Assembly (NCBI RefSeq): GCF_006345805.1
Contig: NC_043005.1
Coordinates: forward strand, 73,532,001-73,596,000
Source: Octopus sinensis
Taxonomy: Eukaryota
Length of the DNA: 64,000 nt
Direction: 5' to 3'
Numbering within the stretch: the stretch's first letter is position 1; each line of letters opens with the position of its first letter. A program made the translations under genes and the position numbers. This document shows positions 26,530 to 39,341 of this stretch, piece by piece. The notes below the pieces were generated by a model. That model did no database searches, was not told the DNA's origin, and saw nothing but the letters and a program-made list of their open reading frames with translations.

Positions 26530-28255
26530 CGACGACTTTTTGAGCAAGTAATCTTTTGCTGGTGTGGAGCGATATCAGCCCAACACTTCATGATCCAACT
26601 AAAAGACAAAGATGCACGTCTGTCAACAGCCTGTTAAAGCGAATGAAGGAGATTACATGCTTCCATCTCAATCAAAGTTTTGCAAGACTGCTGTATCCCT
26701 GTGTGCCGATTACAACCCGGCGCTTAGAAGCAGTGACTCTTGACAACATGGAAAAGCACCATACATTAAATATGGGCTAATATTGATCATGTGACAGGGG
26801 CAAGACAATTGGGAAACGTGGAGGTTCTCTTCAAAAGCAAAGTTTTCGTGCTAATGCACTAAATAGCTCCCAAAGTACTCAATAGGTCTCAGGTAACACC
26901 TTCTGCCCATGAAGTACTTGTCGCGTTAGGAGAGACAGAGTTACATCTGGTGCGTGTTTTGTTTGTGATTAGTTGGACAGTGTCACACTCATCAACATTA
27001 AATGAACGGAGAAGAAATTTCGGTCAAGAACCACAGTTGAGATCTTCTGCCAGATCAAAATGGAGAATGTGGTAAATATCACAGGCGTTATTAAACGGCC
27101 TAATAGAGTGTAGTTGAGATGTGCGGCTGAGGGCAGAACAAGATGTCGAATGGAAGACCACTTTAGAACATTTTATCCTCACTAATAAAACAAGAGAGTG
27201 GAGTCGCCCACGAGTGTCGTCACCACAGCCTTGATAACAACAGCAGTACACAACAGTAACAAGTGTAGTAGTTAAGGAAGCCAGACCAACAGGAGCAGTA
27301 GCAACAGGAAGACCAGCAACAGCAACGACACCAAAACTCGCCTCACAGGGAAAAATCGTCTCTTACTTAAATTCTTGTGGAAGAGACGCATTCCAATGGT
27401 CATGCAGTCAGTCTATTTCCAGCATCCTCTGAGTGGCGGTTTGGTATTCCGTGGCTTCTAACGCGCAGATACGCTCTTAAGTTACGCCACCTGCAAACGA
27501 CTTTCGGACAGTGTGCGTGTGTTGGCTCCGTTTGTGAGGTACGCGCAAAGTGACGAAACCGTCCTGCACGCCCTCGTTCAGTGTCCGGGCATTGCTGACT
27601 TGTGGGGTGATGTCGAAAATCTGTTGTCACGTGTGGAACTGATCCGTCTGTTAATCGAGTGCGTACTGATGATCGTACTGCCGCCCTCCTTCAATCGGGC
27701 AGGAAAGGTAGTTTTCCTTTGTCTGATGGCTGAGGTGAAAGAGGTTGTTTGGTGGACGAGGCTGAAAAGCATGAGCACAGATACATCCCTCTTTGGTAGA
27801 GCTCTCATTGACTTCTTCAAGTCTCACTTGAAAACGAAATTGATATAGGAGAGGGAAGTGCTGTCCTCAAGTGAGCTTACTGAAAGGTGGGTGAATGTTG
27901 CGAAAATGGCAAGAGTGGATGGTACTTCTTAAAGTGTAGACCTGTGAGTCGGAGAGAAGGAATCGGGGAAGGCACTTATCCTGGGGTTTCAGGGAAATCT
28001 CGGACAGTGGGGTTCCTCAATTATCGCTAGAGGTGTTCGTGTATCAGGAGGGCCACATTTCTAACATCCACCCCGCCATTTTTTTAACCTTTGTGTGCTT
28101 AGTGTATGTCCCTTCTTTATTAGTGTATACAGTGTATACGTAATTCTTTCTTTCTTTCCATTTTTTATCATTTCATTATATGTAAACCCCCACGCTTTAT
28201 GACTGTCTTTGTATTGCCCCCCCTCATCCTTCAACCTTGTGGCAAATAAATGAAA
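26530..28255 (+). mobile_element. Old Tx1-like LINE remnant (ORF2 C-terminus and 3' UTR, possible ORF1 debris upstream)
   Basis: From about 27360 it translates to KFLWKRRIPMV...QHPLSGG, then SDETVLHALVQCPGIADLW...WWTRLK, homologous to the 14466 element. It ends at AATAAATGAAATC. The 26530-27350 part is tentative. Confidence 0.75.
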
Positions 28256-28272
28256 TCATTATAATTATTATT

Positions 28273-28811
28273 GAGTGAGAGAGCAGTGCATGCCATCACA
28301 GTGACACTGGTGTAAAATATATGATGCCCAGTGTATCCATCATGACTACCCGTCTGATAAGAGTACACCAGGCACATGCATCATGACCATATGTGCGCGA
28401 CATGGGGATCTCATGTCAAGATAAACATGACCTTGCACGAGGGGGCAAGTTAGACTTTTCTTCAGGTCGTGTAGCCCATTCCGCTCAAAAGATCCCTGAA
28501 TAAGGGTTGTTTAAGGATGATGAACAAAACACCGGTGTTTCCAGAGGTGGATTATCCAAACCCCAAAGAATTCCTCTCAACACATGGTTATGATGCTCCC
28601 CTACTATTTCCGCTTGTGATCAGAGATGCACATATCGTCAGCTACTTAGGGATATGTTCAACTGGTTAAGGTCAAGCAAATTTGTGGTATAGAGCAGAAT
28701 ATTTACTGTAGCCCATCTTTTATATCAAGACAAAACAATGTACATGATAACACTTCTAATCAGTTGGGATCAGAAGCCATGAGAGCTACTGCCTGGCACT
28801 GCATCGGGGCA
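28273..28811. mobile_element. Repeat family D (about 540 bp) flanked by (ATT)n
   Basis: GTGAGAGAGCAGTGCATGCCATCA...GCATCGGGGC. Partial copies at 31897, 44095 and 61462. Confidence 0.85.
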
Positions 28812-28847
28812 TTATTATTATCATTATTATTATCATCATGATCATCA

Positions 28848-28882
<35 letters not shown>

Positions 28883-29032
28883 ATTATTATTATTACTACC
28901 ATCATCATTATTATTATCGTCATTATTATCATCATCATCATCGTCATCATCATTATTATTATCATTATCATCAATCATCATCATCATCATTATTATACTA
29001 CTACTACTACTGCTTCTGCTACTGTGCTGCTT

Positions 29033-29098
<66 letters not shown>

Positions 29099-29302
29099 TT
29101 CCACCGCGGTTAACTTTACCTTTCATTCTTTCAGGCTCGATGAAATAAGTAGCAATCATGTACTGACCCGATGTTATCGACTTGCACTTTTCCTCGAAAA
29201 TCTTTCGGCCCTGTGGCAAAAGTTGAAACCGTTACAATTATCATTGATGACGTTGTTGTTGCAGCTGTTGCTGTTCAATTTGTCGTTGTTGTTGGTAGTA
29301 GT

Positions 29303-29353
<51 letters not shown>

Positions 29354-29368
29354 ATAGTTGTAGTAGTT

Positions 29369-29429
<61 letters not shown>

Positions 29430-29470
29430 GTGGTGGTGGTGGTGGTGGTGGTGGTGGTAGTAATAGTAGT
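28811..29470. repeat. Compound (ATT)/(ATC)/(CTA)/(GTA)/(GGT) trinucleotide tracts around a SINE C fragment
   Basis: Direct reading. The fragment is at about 29100-29225. Confidence 0.9.
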
Positions 29471-30257
29471 ACGACACAACCAAAACGGGAGAAAAAGAAG
29501 ATTGAAGAAAATTTTATAAAACTAAGAATTTAGTAAAGAAAACAGGTCAATATCTAACATAGATGGCGTCAGAGCATCTATAATGATACAAAGCTTCATT
29601 GAGTTATAAGGTAGCCTGAACGCCACAAGCAACGACACTCGCAACAACAACAACAATAACAGTAACAATGGCGGCTACGATGACATCGACAAGGGCGATG
29701 TTATCGACATGAAAAGGAGTGAGCAAAACCAGTGTTGGTAGCCGCAACTGCTGTATCAGCAGCGACAATACGAACGTTTGGAAATGGTTTGAATATCGTT
29801 TTAGAAATGATATTAACTTGATTGTTGTATTAGGTCCTCATCAAAGAGAAAAATTTCTATTGGTAACGCAGTTGGAATGTCTCTCTATCAAAACATTGTA
29901 AATCAAATATTGTTATGTCTTGAGGTAGTTTATTTTTTGGTGTTGTTACTAAACTTTGCTGTCGTTCTCCGTTTACTTATTGTTGTTGTTGTTGCTACTG
30001 CTGTGGTTTTTGTTGTTGTTGTTGTTGTTTGTGTTCTTGTGTTCCGTCTTATTGCATCCTAAAGAACAATATATCTAACTATATAGATAGAAATTTTCTT
30101 AGATCTTTGGAACCTTCCGATATAAAGAAACAGTCTAGCATGAATATGAAAACTACCTGTTAAAAATAGATATTCATATACAAAAACTGATATAGGTGGA
30201 GTGGAAAAAGTGAGGAGGCCGAAAACAATACGTATATATAATAAATAAATATATATA

Positions 30258-30289
<32 letters not shown>

Positions 30290-31592
30290 GTGTATATATA
30301 TATTATAATATATATAATATATCTATACACATATACATATACAAAAGATATACATACACACACACACATATATATATACATACAATATGCAGATATATAT
30401 TTAACACACTATATATGCACATAGTACACATGACCAATACATTTGTAATTTATGTACATATACATGTGCTTGTGTTGTTGTGTGTGTGTGGATGTGTTTG
30501 GGTGGTGAGAGAGGTGTGTGTGTGTGTGTGTGGTGTGTGTGTGTGTGTGTGTGTGTGTGCTTGGCTCTGCTAAAAGCTAGCAGCAATCTTTCCCAGATTC
30601 TAACCGAATTTCATTGTTGTTTAACTCAGTATGTAAATAATCAAAAATATATTATTTCTTACTTTCTTAGTAGTGTTGTTCCTGAAAAAGAAAACTCCAT
30701 ACTTTGTTACGACTGGCATTTTTCTTTACAGAATGTTTGCTTCCTGGAATTGTACCTAAGCTTAATATACGTGAAAAAGAGAAAACTATGCATGTACTTC
30801 ATAGTGGCGACATTATTTGAGACGGACTTCTTATTAGACTGTCCATGTTCCATATAACAATGTTTGAAGATGTTACAAAACTAAATCAACTAAACAGAAT
30901 TATACAACTCACAGTCCGAATTCTTCACCTGTAATGTAACTGTGATGATATTGGAAATATTGTTTACGTTGCAAAACTATGAAATCAGTAAAAGCCAACG
31001 TTTTATATTGTCTCATGAGGCCTGCGAAGCACGTTGGTCTCATAGCTTTTGGTTTAGAAAGCTAATTATCTATATATCTTATATATTTTCTTTCGCCTGC
31101 GGTCAGCAATAGCACACCGTTGGTTACAGTTCCCAGTAAACCAGAAAATAAATATGTTACTGTATTCCTGATAGTGTGAGCGACAGGGGAGGATATGTCA
31201 TTTGATGCGGAAGAAATATTGCGAGGGGTTAGCTGAAATGCACTGGCATTTCAAGTTACTCGCTGATGTGTATACACTTTTTCGGGTATACAGTAGTAAA
31301 AGATATACACAGACGCACATGTATGCACACATACATACATGTATACATACATAGATACGTATGCATGCTTATGTATATATGTGTTTGTGTGCGTATGTGT
31401 ATATATGCATATCTATATATGTATATGTATGTATGTATATATATACATATATATATATAAATATACACCAATATATATACATATATACATATATATACCA
31501 ATATGTAAATATTATATATATATATATATATACATATATACATATATATATATACATATATACATACATATATATATATATACATATATACA

Positions 31593-31681
<89 letters not shown>

Positions 31682-31726
31682 TAGATATATATATTATACA
31701 TTATATTTATATATATATACCAATTT

Positions 31727-31793
<67 letters not shown>

Positions 31794-31859
31794 TAGATAG
31801 AAGACAGACAGATGGCTAGAAAGAGAGAGGGAGGCAAATCAGTACCTTTAGTAGAAAGG

Positions 31860-31896
<37 letters not shown>

Positions 31897-31897
<1 letters not shown>

Positions 31898-32248
31898 GTG
31901 AGAGAGCAGCACATGCCATCAACATTATACTGGGGTACACATATGCAAATTCTAATATGTTCATCATGGTTACCTGTCTGAAAATCTACACAAGGTGCAT
32001 GCAACACACATTAGTGCGCGACATTGTGATCTTATATGAAGAACCACAGGGTATGACCTTGCATGTAGGACCTGGCTAAAATCTTCTTCAGGTCGAGTAG
32101 CCCATCCCGCTCAAAAGGTCCCCTGAATATGAGTTGTTGAAGGATGAAAGAAACAACCATGTGTCCAGGGGTGAATTATTCAAACTCCAAAGAATCCCTC
32201 TCAGCACATGTCTATGATCCCCACCCTCTATCCCTGCTCGAAATCAGA
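31897..32248. mobile_element. Family D, partial
   Basis: Starts after (ATT)n and aligns with 28273. Confidence 0.8.
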
Positions 32249-32250
32249 CT

Positions 32251-32282
<32 letters not shown>

Positions 32283-33746
32283 TGTATGTATGTATGTATG
32301 TATGTATGTGTGTATGTATGTATGTATGTATGCATGTATGTATGTACGAATGCATGGATATGTATATATAAGCATATGTCCGTGCGTTTTAAGTAGAAGG
32401 TAAAGGAGTTTTTCATAGAAGAAAACATACATTTCTTTCATTGGAAGTTTGCCAGTTATCTATCTCACTGGTAATATATGTCCCTCTGTGGGATTGTATG
32501 TATGTCTGTGCGTTTACGAAGGCGTTGCAACAGCTGTCATGCTTTCAAAACTTCCAACAAATATCTTGGGCAAATACCTCCATAAGCAGATTCGTTTTAC
32601 AATGATTCTAAAACATGATAAAGCCAAATTCATGTGAAGCTACTTATATAGTTATCACTTATTCCATTTTGACACGATTTAAAATACACCGTTTTTAAAA
32701 AGATTTTTTTTCTTACTTTTTGTGATTAGGTTCTATAGCAGTATAGACCAACATAAATGAATAAAATAAATATATTTTTTTTTCTTATTGTTTTGTCTGC
32801 GTTTAAATCTCTCGATCTTGTTATGGACTGGTCCCCATTACTTTCATGATTATATACACTATGGAAAACTAGCATGGGGTATATGTTATTAAAATAAAAC
32901 GGAAATACTATTGGAATGCTTGTTTTCGTTTATTAAAATAATCCCAAGTTGAATGGAAATGCTTTATATACATACGACTTATTTTATTGGAAATGTGCCA
33001 ACACCAATCTCAAAGGTAACATTTTATCATAATTATGTAACCATTTTTTAACTGAATCTTTCAATGGGATATACTGATTTATTTCAGGCGGTGTTCTGTT
33101 CGGAAAGCAACGAAGGCCATATTGTTTAAACAAATAAATTAGTTGGCACGTCAATTTGTATTTATACATATTTCGTTCGTTTATTTATCTTCTTGTTTTT
33201 TTTTTTTTCAGATTGAATCATAAAGGCGAGTGTTGAAGGAATATGTACAATCTCCTGCTGACTCTACATCAAAACCCAATTTTAATTCAGTGTTAAAAAA
33301 ACGCATTTTCTGTTACTCCTAATTGTATTCTTGTACAGATTCTCCTCCCTCGTGATATTATGGTAATTAATTATGTGTTTAAAAGCATATTTCAACTTAA
33401 ATGATTTGTAAGTACGTGTTACTTCGTTATGCAAGAAAAATATACTATAAAATATATTACATATTTCAACTGTCTCTAAAAGAATCTTGGTTAAATCTCC
33501 GATATAAAGTAAAACGAGAGCTAGTCATACAATACAATACTGAAAAACCCTTTGAATGTCATATAATACAGCTTAGTCATGGAAATACTTCTTACATTCA
33601 CAAATTGTTTTCTTTATTCAGGATCTAGAACGGAGTTTTAGGATATGAGAGATTCAGTTTCTAATTCTAGAAGTAGGTGTGACTGTATATTTTACTTCCT
33701 TGAATTGTAAACACACACACACAAACACACACACACACACACACAC

Positions 33747-33809
<63 letters not shown>

Positions 33810-34026
33810 ACGATTCAAGGAAATAAAAAATATATATAGTGTAACTCACTCAATACGAAGTCCTTACTAGCCACACCTTAAGACTGGTACTTAAGGAATT
33901 CCAACTGCGCAAACCTTCCTCTGGTACATGATATGCGGGAAAGATGTATACTGCTGCTTATAAACGGTCGAATGAAAACAATAACATGAAGAGCAACAAC
34001 AATAATAAAGATAAATGTCCTGATAT

Positions 34027-34283
34027 CAATGGCCCAGTGGTTAGGGCAGCGGACTCGCGGTCTTAGGATCGCGGTTTCGATTCCCAGGCAGGGCGTTGAG
34101 AGTGTTTATTGAGCAAAAACACCTTAAAAGCTCCACGCGGCTCCGGCATGGGGGGTGGTGATTCCTGCTATACTCTTTCACCACTCTTTCTCTCACTCTT
34201 TCTTCTGTTGGCCTGTTCGCTTAGCCAGCGGGGTGGCGTCATTGTGTCCAGCGATGTGTAACAACATCTGATGGTCTGCTCGG

Positions 34284-34284
<1 letters not shown>
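34027..34284 (+). mobile_element. tRNA-derived SINE (head H1, tail Tb)
   Basis: CAATGGCCCAGTGGTTAGGGCAGCGGACTCGCGGTC head, with a tail distinct from the other H1 copies. Confidence 0.85.
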
Positions 34285-34314
<30 letters not shown>

Positions 34315-34335
34315 TAAGAGAGTGGTCACTATTAA

Positions 34336-34407
<72 letters not shown>

Positions 34408-34593
34408 ATGTATGTATACATACATGGAACGATGGATAGAGTAAGAGACGGATAGGATGGATGGATGAATGAATGGATGGATGGAGGGAGGGAGGGAGAG
34501 AGGAAGGGATTCACACATACGCCCTCATATGTTGGAGTCTTGCAGGCAGAAACATAGGACACATTATATGTATGCATGTATATAAATAGATAT

Positions 34594-34845
34594 GTGGAAG
34601 CGTGTGGCTTAGTGGTTAGGGTGTCAGCATCATGATCGTAAGATTGGGGTTTCGATTCCCTGGACCGAGCGACGCGTTGTGTTCTTGAGCAAAACACTTC
34701 ATTTCACGTTGTTCCAGTCCACTCAGCTGGCAAAAATGAGTAACGCTGCGATGGACTGGCGTCTCGTCTAGCTGGGGAACACATACGCCATAGAAACCGG
34801 GAAACCAGGCCCATAAGCCTGGTTAGGCTTTAGAAAGGGCACATT
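34594..34845 (+). mobile_element. tRNA-derived SINE (head H2, tail Td)
   Basis: TGGCTTAGTGGTTAGG...GTTTCGATTCCC head. The tail GCTGCGATGGACTGGCG...GAAACCGGGAAACC is shared with 52626 and 58908. Confidence 0.85.
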
Positions 34846-35501
34846 TATTTATTTTTTTATATATAAATATATATACATATATAGATATATGTATATATAA
34901 TTAAATAGGGTTCGGCTAAAAGCTTTGTAGCATGCTATACACAAGTCGTTCCCAATTATTGGCTGCTGGATGTCATCAAACAGTGAAAACGCTCTTCCTT
35001 CTGAAATTCCATATTATCCATACAATTGATATAAGATAGAGAATACAAAATAGATAGAGCGACAATTTTTATTTAAAATTACTACAGTTGTTTAGACACA
35101 TTATTACAGTTTTTGGTATTCATTTTCACACTGGGGGAAATGAGAATATGATAAGACAAATGATTTATTTAACTAAACACCTGAAAATATGCAACTTACA
35201 ACTTACACATTGCATAAACGAGAGTGATTACACAACATATTAAAAATACCTCACCAACGCATGGCAACACATTATGAATGTAAAGATGTGTCAAGACAAC
35301 TGTAATGATTTTGAATAAAGAATGTCATTCATTCCATTATAAATACATATATATATACATATATAAATATATATGTATCCATATGTATATAAATAATATA
35401 TGATATCATATATGTAAATATATATATATATATATACATATAGGTATGTATGTGTATGTATGTATGTAGATATACATATATATACATAATTATATATATA
35501 T

Positions 35502-35533
<32 letters not shown>

Positions 35534-35599
35534 ATATTATATATATTATATATATATATATATTTTATATATCGCTAAGCTTGATCGCTCAATCTACAA

Positions 35600-35758
35600 G
35601 ATATTTTTAAATCTCTCTGTTTATTTTCTCTTATTCCTTCTGTTGAAGAGCATAGGCTCGAAACGTAAAAAACTTTCTCACCTTTCCGAACGTCAAACTA
35701 ATACCTTGCTTGTTGTTCATACAGCTGTCTTCGTCTTTCTTTTCTGTAAATTTCAACT

Positions 35759-35762
<4 letters not shown>
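35600..35762 (+). mobile_element. Family F Penelope-like terminal repeat with hammerhead-like motif (35640-35667)
   Basis: CTGTTGA-A-GAGC-ATAG-GCTC-GAA-ACGT-A, ending at (TA)n. Confidence 0.7.
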
Positions 35763-35791
<29 letters not shown>

Positions 35792-35794
<3 letters not shown>

Positions 35795-36971
35795 GGGTTG
35801 GACAAATTAATGAAAACACCTTAAAATTTCAAACAAATTTATTTTGATATGGGGAGGACCGCCTTTGGCAGTAATTACAGTCTGGATTCTACGAAGTATG
35901 TACTCGTACAAAGTTTGAATTGTTTCCAAAGCTAATTTTTCCCCATTCTTAAGCTAAAACAGTCTCCAGTTCTTGTAGTGATGATGGTAGAGGATATCGA
36001 CTCATTACTTGCTTTTCTAAAATGCACCATGGGGACTGAGGTGGCCAGATAAGATGTCCAACTCCACTAGAATCTTCATCGTGCCCTTCAGTAACAACTT
36101 TAGCTGTGTGAATTGGTGCATTATCATCCTGAAAGATTGCGCTTCCCTCCGGAAACTGTTCCGCAACCATGGGATGAATTTCATCAGATAATATACTTAA
36201 ATAATCTTGACTATTAATTCTGCTATGAAGAGAAACCATTGGGCCGGCAGATTTCCAAGATATACCCCCCCCCTCGATCATCACAGAACCCCCTTCAACA
36301 GTTGGAGGAAGACAGTCTGAATCAAATGCTTCTTTTGGCGGTCTCCACACGTATACTCGACCGGTGGTCGGAAATAAGGTGAAGGATGACTCGTCCGAGA
36401 AAATCACATTCTTCCACTACTCTAGGGACCAATTATGTGGGTTTTTACTCTACTCTAAACGCTTTGCAACGTTTGTTTCTGAAAGTAGTGGTTTTCTGAT
36501 TTCAGCCCTTCCGTGAAATACGGCTTTGTGCAGCTCCCAGCGAACAGTTTTCTGGAAACTGGTTTCTTGGGGTGGTCATTAATTTCAGCAGTAATTCTGG
36601 GAGCTGTACTCTTGTTATCCTTTCTTCATTACTTTCGAGTCAGTACTTCTTGATACACCAAACATTTCGGCTGTTTTCGTTACGCTAGCGCCTTCAATCA
36701 GAGCACCAACAATTTGACGCTAGCGCCAGCCATACGATCACCAACAATTTGACCTCTTTGAAAGTCCGATTGATCTGTCATTTTAATAAATTTTAATTAC
36801 CTTTTACTGATGGTATCTGAAACGAAACAGCAATTTTAGCAAAACATATTAAGCAGCACTAATAATAAATAAAACTAAGACAAAAATAAACAAGATTTTG
36901 ACGGTTTTATAGATATTTCAAAATTATTATGATATAATGCTAGGTATTTCCATTATTTTTCCCAGCCCCAG
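35792..36971 (-). mobile_element. Tc1/mariner DNA transposon (1180 bp), decayed
   Basis: Imperfect TIRs of about 30 bp (TAGGGGTTGGACAAATTAATGAAAACACCT and CTGGGGCTGGGAAAAATAATGGAAATACCT) with TA on both sides. Transposase motifs MTDQSDFQRGQIVG, IFSDES, FQDDNAPIH and WPPQSP. Confidence 0.92.
35949..36781 (-). pseudogene. Tc1 DDE transposase pseudogene
   Basis: ATG at 36781. Stops, deletions and a 35-bp duplication disrupt the frame, and the segment expected to carry the third catalytic residue (DLNxIE) is missing after WPPQSP. Confidence 0.88.
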
Positions 36972-37734
36972 TATATATACAAATGATATTTATGTAGAGA
37001 AGCCGCAAATAAAATTCTATCGTCAGCGCGTTACTGGGTACTTATTTTTTAGCGCTACACGGAAAGATGAAATTCAAAGTTGTGTTGTGCAATTTGAATT
37101 CAGAAAAAAATGCTTAAGTAATTACGTAGTAGGTGGATCTAGATGAGAACCTAAAGGTTTGGCAGCCATAATATTAATACACACATACATGATGTATGTC
37201 TGTGTGTGTGTGCGCGCGTATGTGTGTAAATATATGTATGTATGTATGTATTATATTATATATATATAATGTGCGAACGACACACCGGTCTCACGCCATT
37301 CCGCTCCACCGGTCACTCCTTGCAAAACCTATCTGTGTTCGGTTGTCCTTACACAGAGGCCATCCGGATTCCCGTTTGCGCCGTGAACAGGAATTAATCT
37401 TCTCTCTTCGCTCTTATACGCCATTTGGTCTCAACTCTCCCCCCCCTCCTCATCTAACCCCCTCCCCTCCTCACCATCCTTTCTCCCCCCGACCCCTACT
37501 TCTTCAGTCCTTCATCCTTTCACCCCTACTCCCCTTCCCTTCTTCCTCTTTCTCCCTCCCTCTTCCCCTTCCCTCTGCTCCCTCTCTCCCCTTCCTTCTC
37601 CCCCATCCTCTCTCTTCCCCCTTCTCCTCCCCCCTCTTCTTCCCCTCCCTTCTCTCCCCCCCTCTTCTCCCCTCCCCCTCTTCTCCTCACTACACCACAT
37701 GACTTTACACATCACATCACATATGATGTGCCAT

Positions 37735-38060
37735 ACTAATACACACACCAACTAATACATACTAATACGTACTAATACATACTAGTACATACTAATACTT
37801 ACACCAACCCTATACATACACACGTCCAGACCCCGCATACGCACTTATACTCTCTCACACACACACACCCTATACATACCAATACGTACTAATAATACTA
37901 ATACATACTAATACATACACCAACCCCATACATACGCACGTCCAGACCAATCCTACGCACTAATACTCTCTCATACACACCACACACACACACACCCTTA
38001 TACATACTAATACATACACCAACCTATACATACACACATCCAGACCCCTCCCACGCACTT
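37735..38060. repeat. About 3 imperfect tandem units of roughly 110-130 bp (ACTAATACAT...CACGTCCAGACC)
   Basis: CCAACC(C)TATACATACAC/GCAC(G/A)TCCAGACC recurs three times. Confidence 0.75.
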
Positions 38061-38233
38061 TTAGCTGGTCCCTCAACCCATTTATCAACCCTATTATCTC
38101 CCCTTATTTCGCTCTCGCGTCTCATGTTTGATCTTTGACCTCTGGCCGAAATCAGATCGCCATGTTGATTCGTTAGCTACTGCACGCATTTTTTTTCTCT
38201 CCTTCTTTCTGTGTTTTTTTCTCTCTCTGTGTA

Positions 38234-38271
38234 TCTTTCTGTTGAAGAGCGTAGGCTCGAAACGTTAAAGA
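38234..38271 (+). ncRNA. Minimal hammerhead-like motif, A6U core (family F)
   Basis: TCTTT|CTGTTGA|A|GAGC-GTAG-GCTC|GAA|ACGT|T|AAAGA. Confidence 0.6.
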
Positions 38272-38774
38272 CTTGTTTTATTTATATTTCCTGAGCGCCA
38301 TACTAATACAATTGTTCGTTTGTTTTCCACCTGCCTTCGTCTTTTGTTTATTTTCATAAAGCTTCCCGTTATATATATATATGTATATATAATATATATA
38401 TGTATAAGTATGTACATATATATGTGTGTGTATATCTATATATACATATATACATATGAATTTATTTATATATATATATATATAGATATATATATGTATG
38501 TATGTATATATATATATTTCATATATGCGCATGTGTATATACACATGGATATACTGATACATACATAGACTACATATGATATATATAACACATATTTATA
38601 TAGAATATGTTATATATATATATATACATATATATATGCATATAAGTTATATACACGCATACGCACAAACGTGTACTAATGCACATGTATATATCGACAG
38701 ATAGATATATAGGCAGAGAGATAATATGGTGCAGACAGACAGACAGATAGATAGATATATAGATAGATAGATAT

Positions 38775-38832
<58 letters not shown>

Positions 38833-39261
38833 CGACAGATAGATAGAAAACGAGGCCTTTTATTTTAATGTAAAGCAAATTAAGATTTTTATTATAGATT
38901 GTAGTAATGGGTTCTCAAAATAAATATATATAAATTGTATTTATCTCCCTAAATATTTCTCTATCACTACATATACACACACATACACACACACATGCAT
39001 AATACATATATTTATATATATATATATTATATATATATATATTATATATATATATATTATATATTATAAATATATATACATAATAATATATATATATTAT
39101 ATATATGTAGTATGTATGCATTTATATAGATATAGATTTATATATATATACATTCATATATAATTTATATATATTATACATTATATATATATATTATATA
39201 TATATATTTCTTATTATATATAGATATGTGGCTTTTTACATATATATATATATATATATAG

Positions 39262-39295
<34 letters not shown>

Positions 39296-39303
39296 TATAT
39301 ATA

Positions 39304-39341
<38 letters not shown>

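Larger units (their letters stand above)
37271..38368 (+). mobile_element. Penelope-like element 3' end: GIY-YIG C-terminus, pyrimidine tract, tandem repeat and family F terminal repeat
   Basis: 37271-37440 translates with frameshifts to TPVSRH.RSTGHSLQNLSVFG / LSLHRGHPDSRLRREQELIFSLRSYTPFGLN, typical of the PLE endonuclease C-terminus. (TA)n lies on both flanks. Confidence 0.75.
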
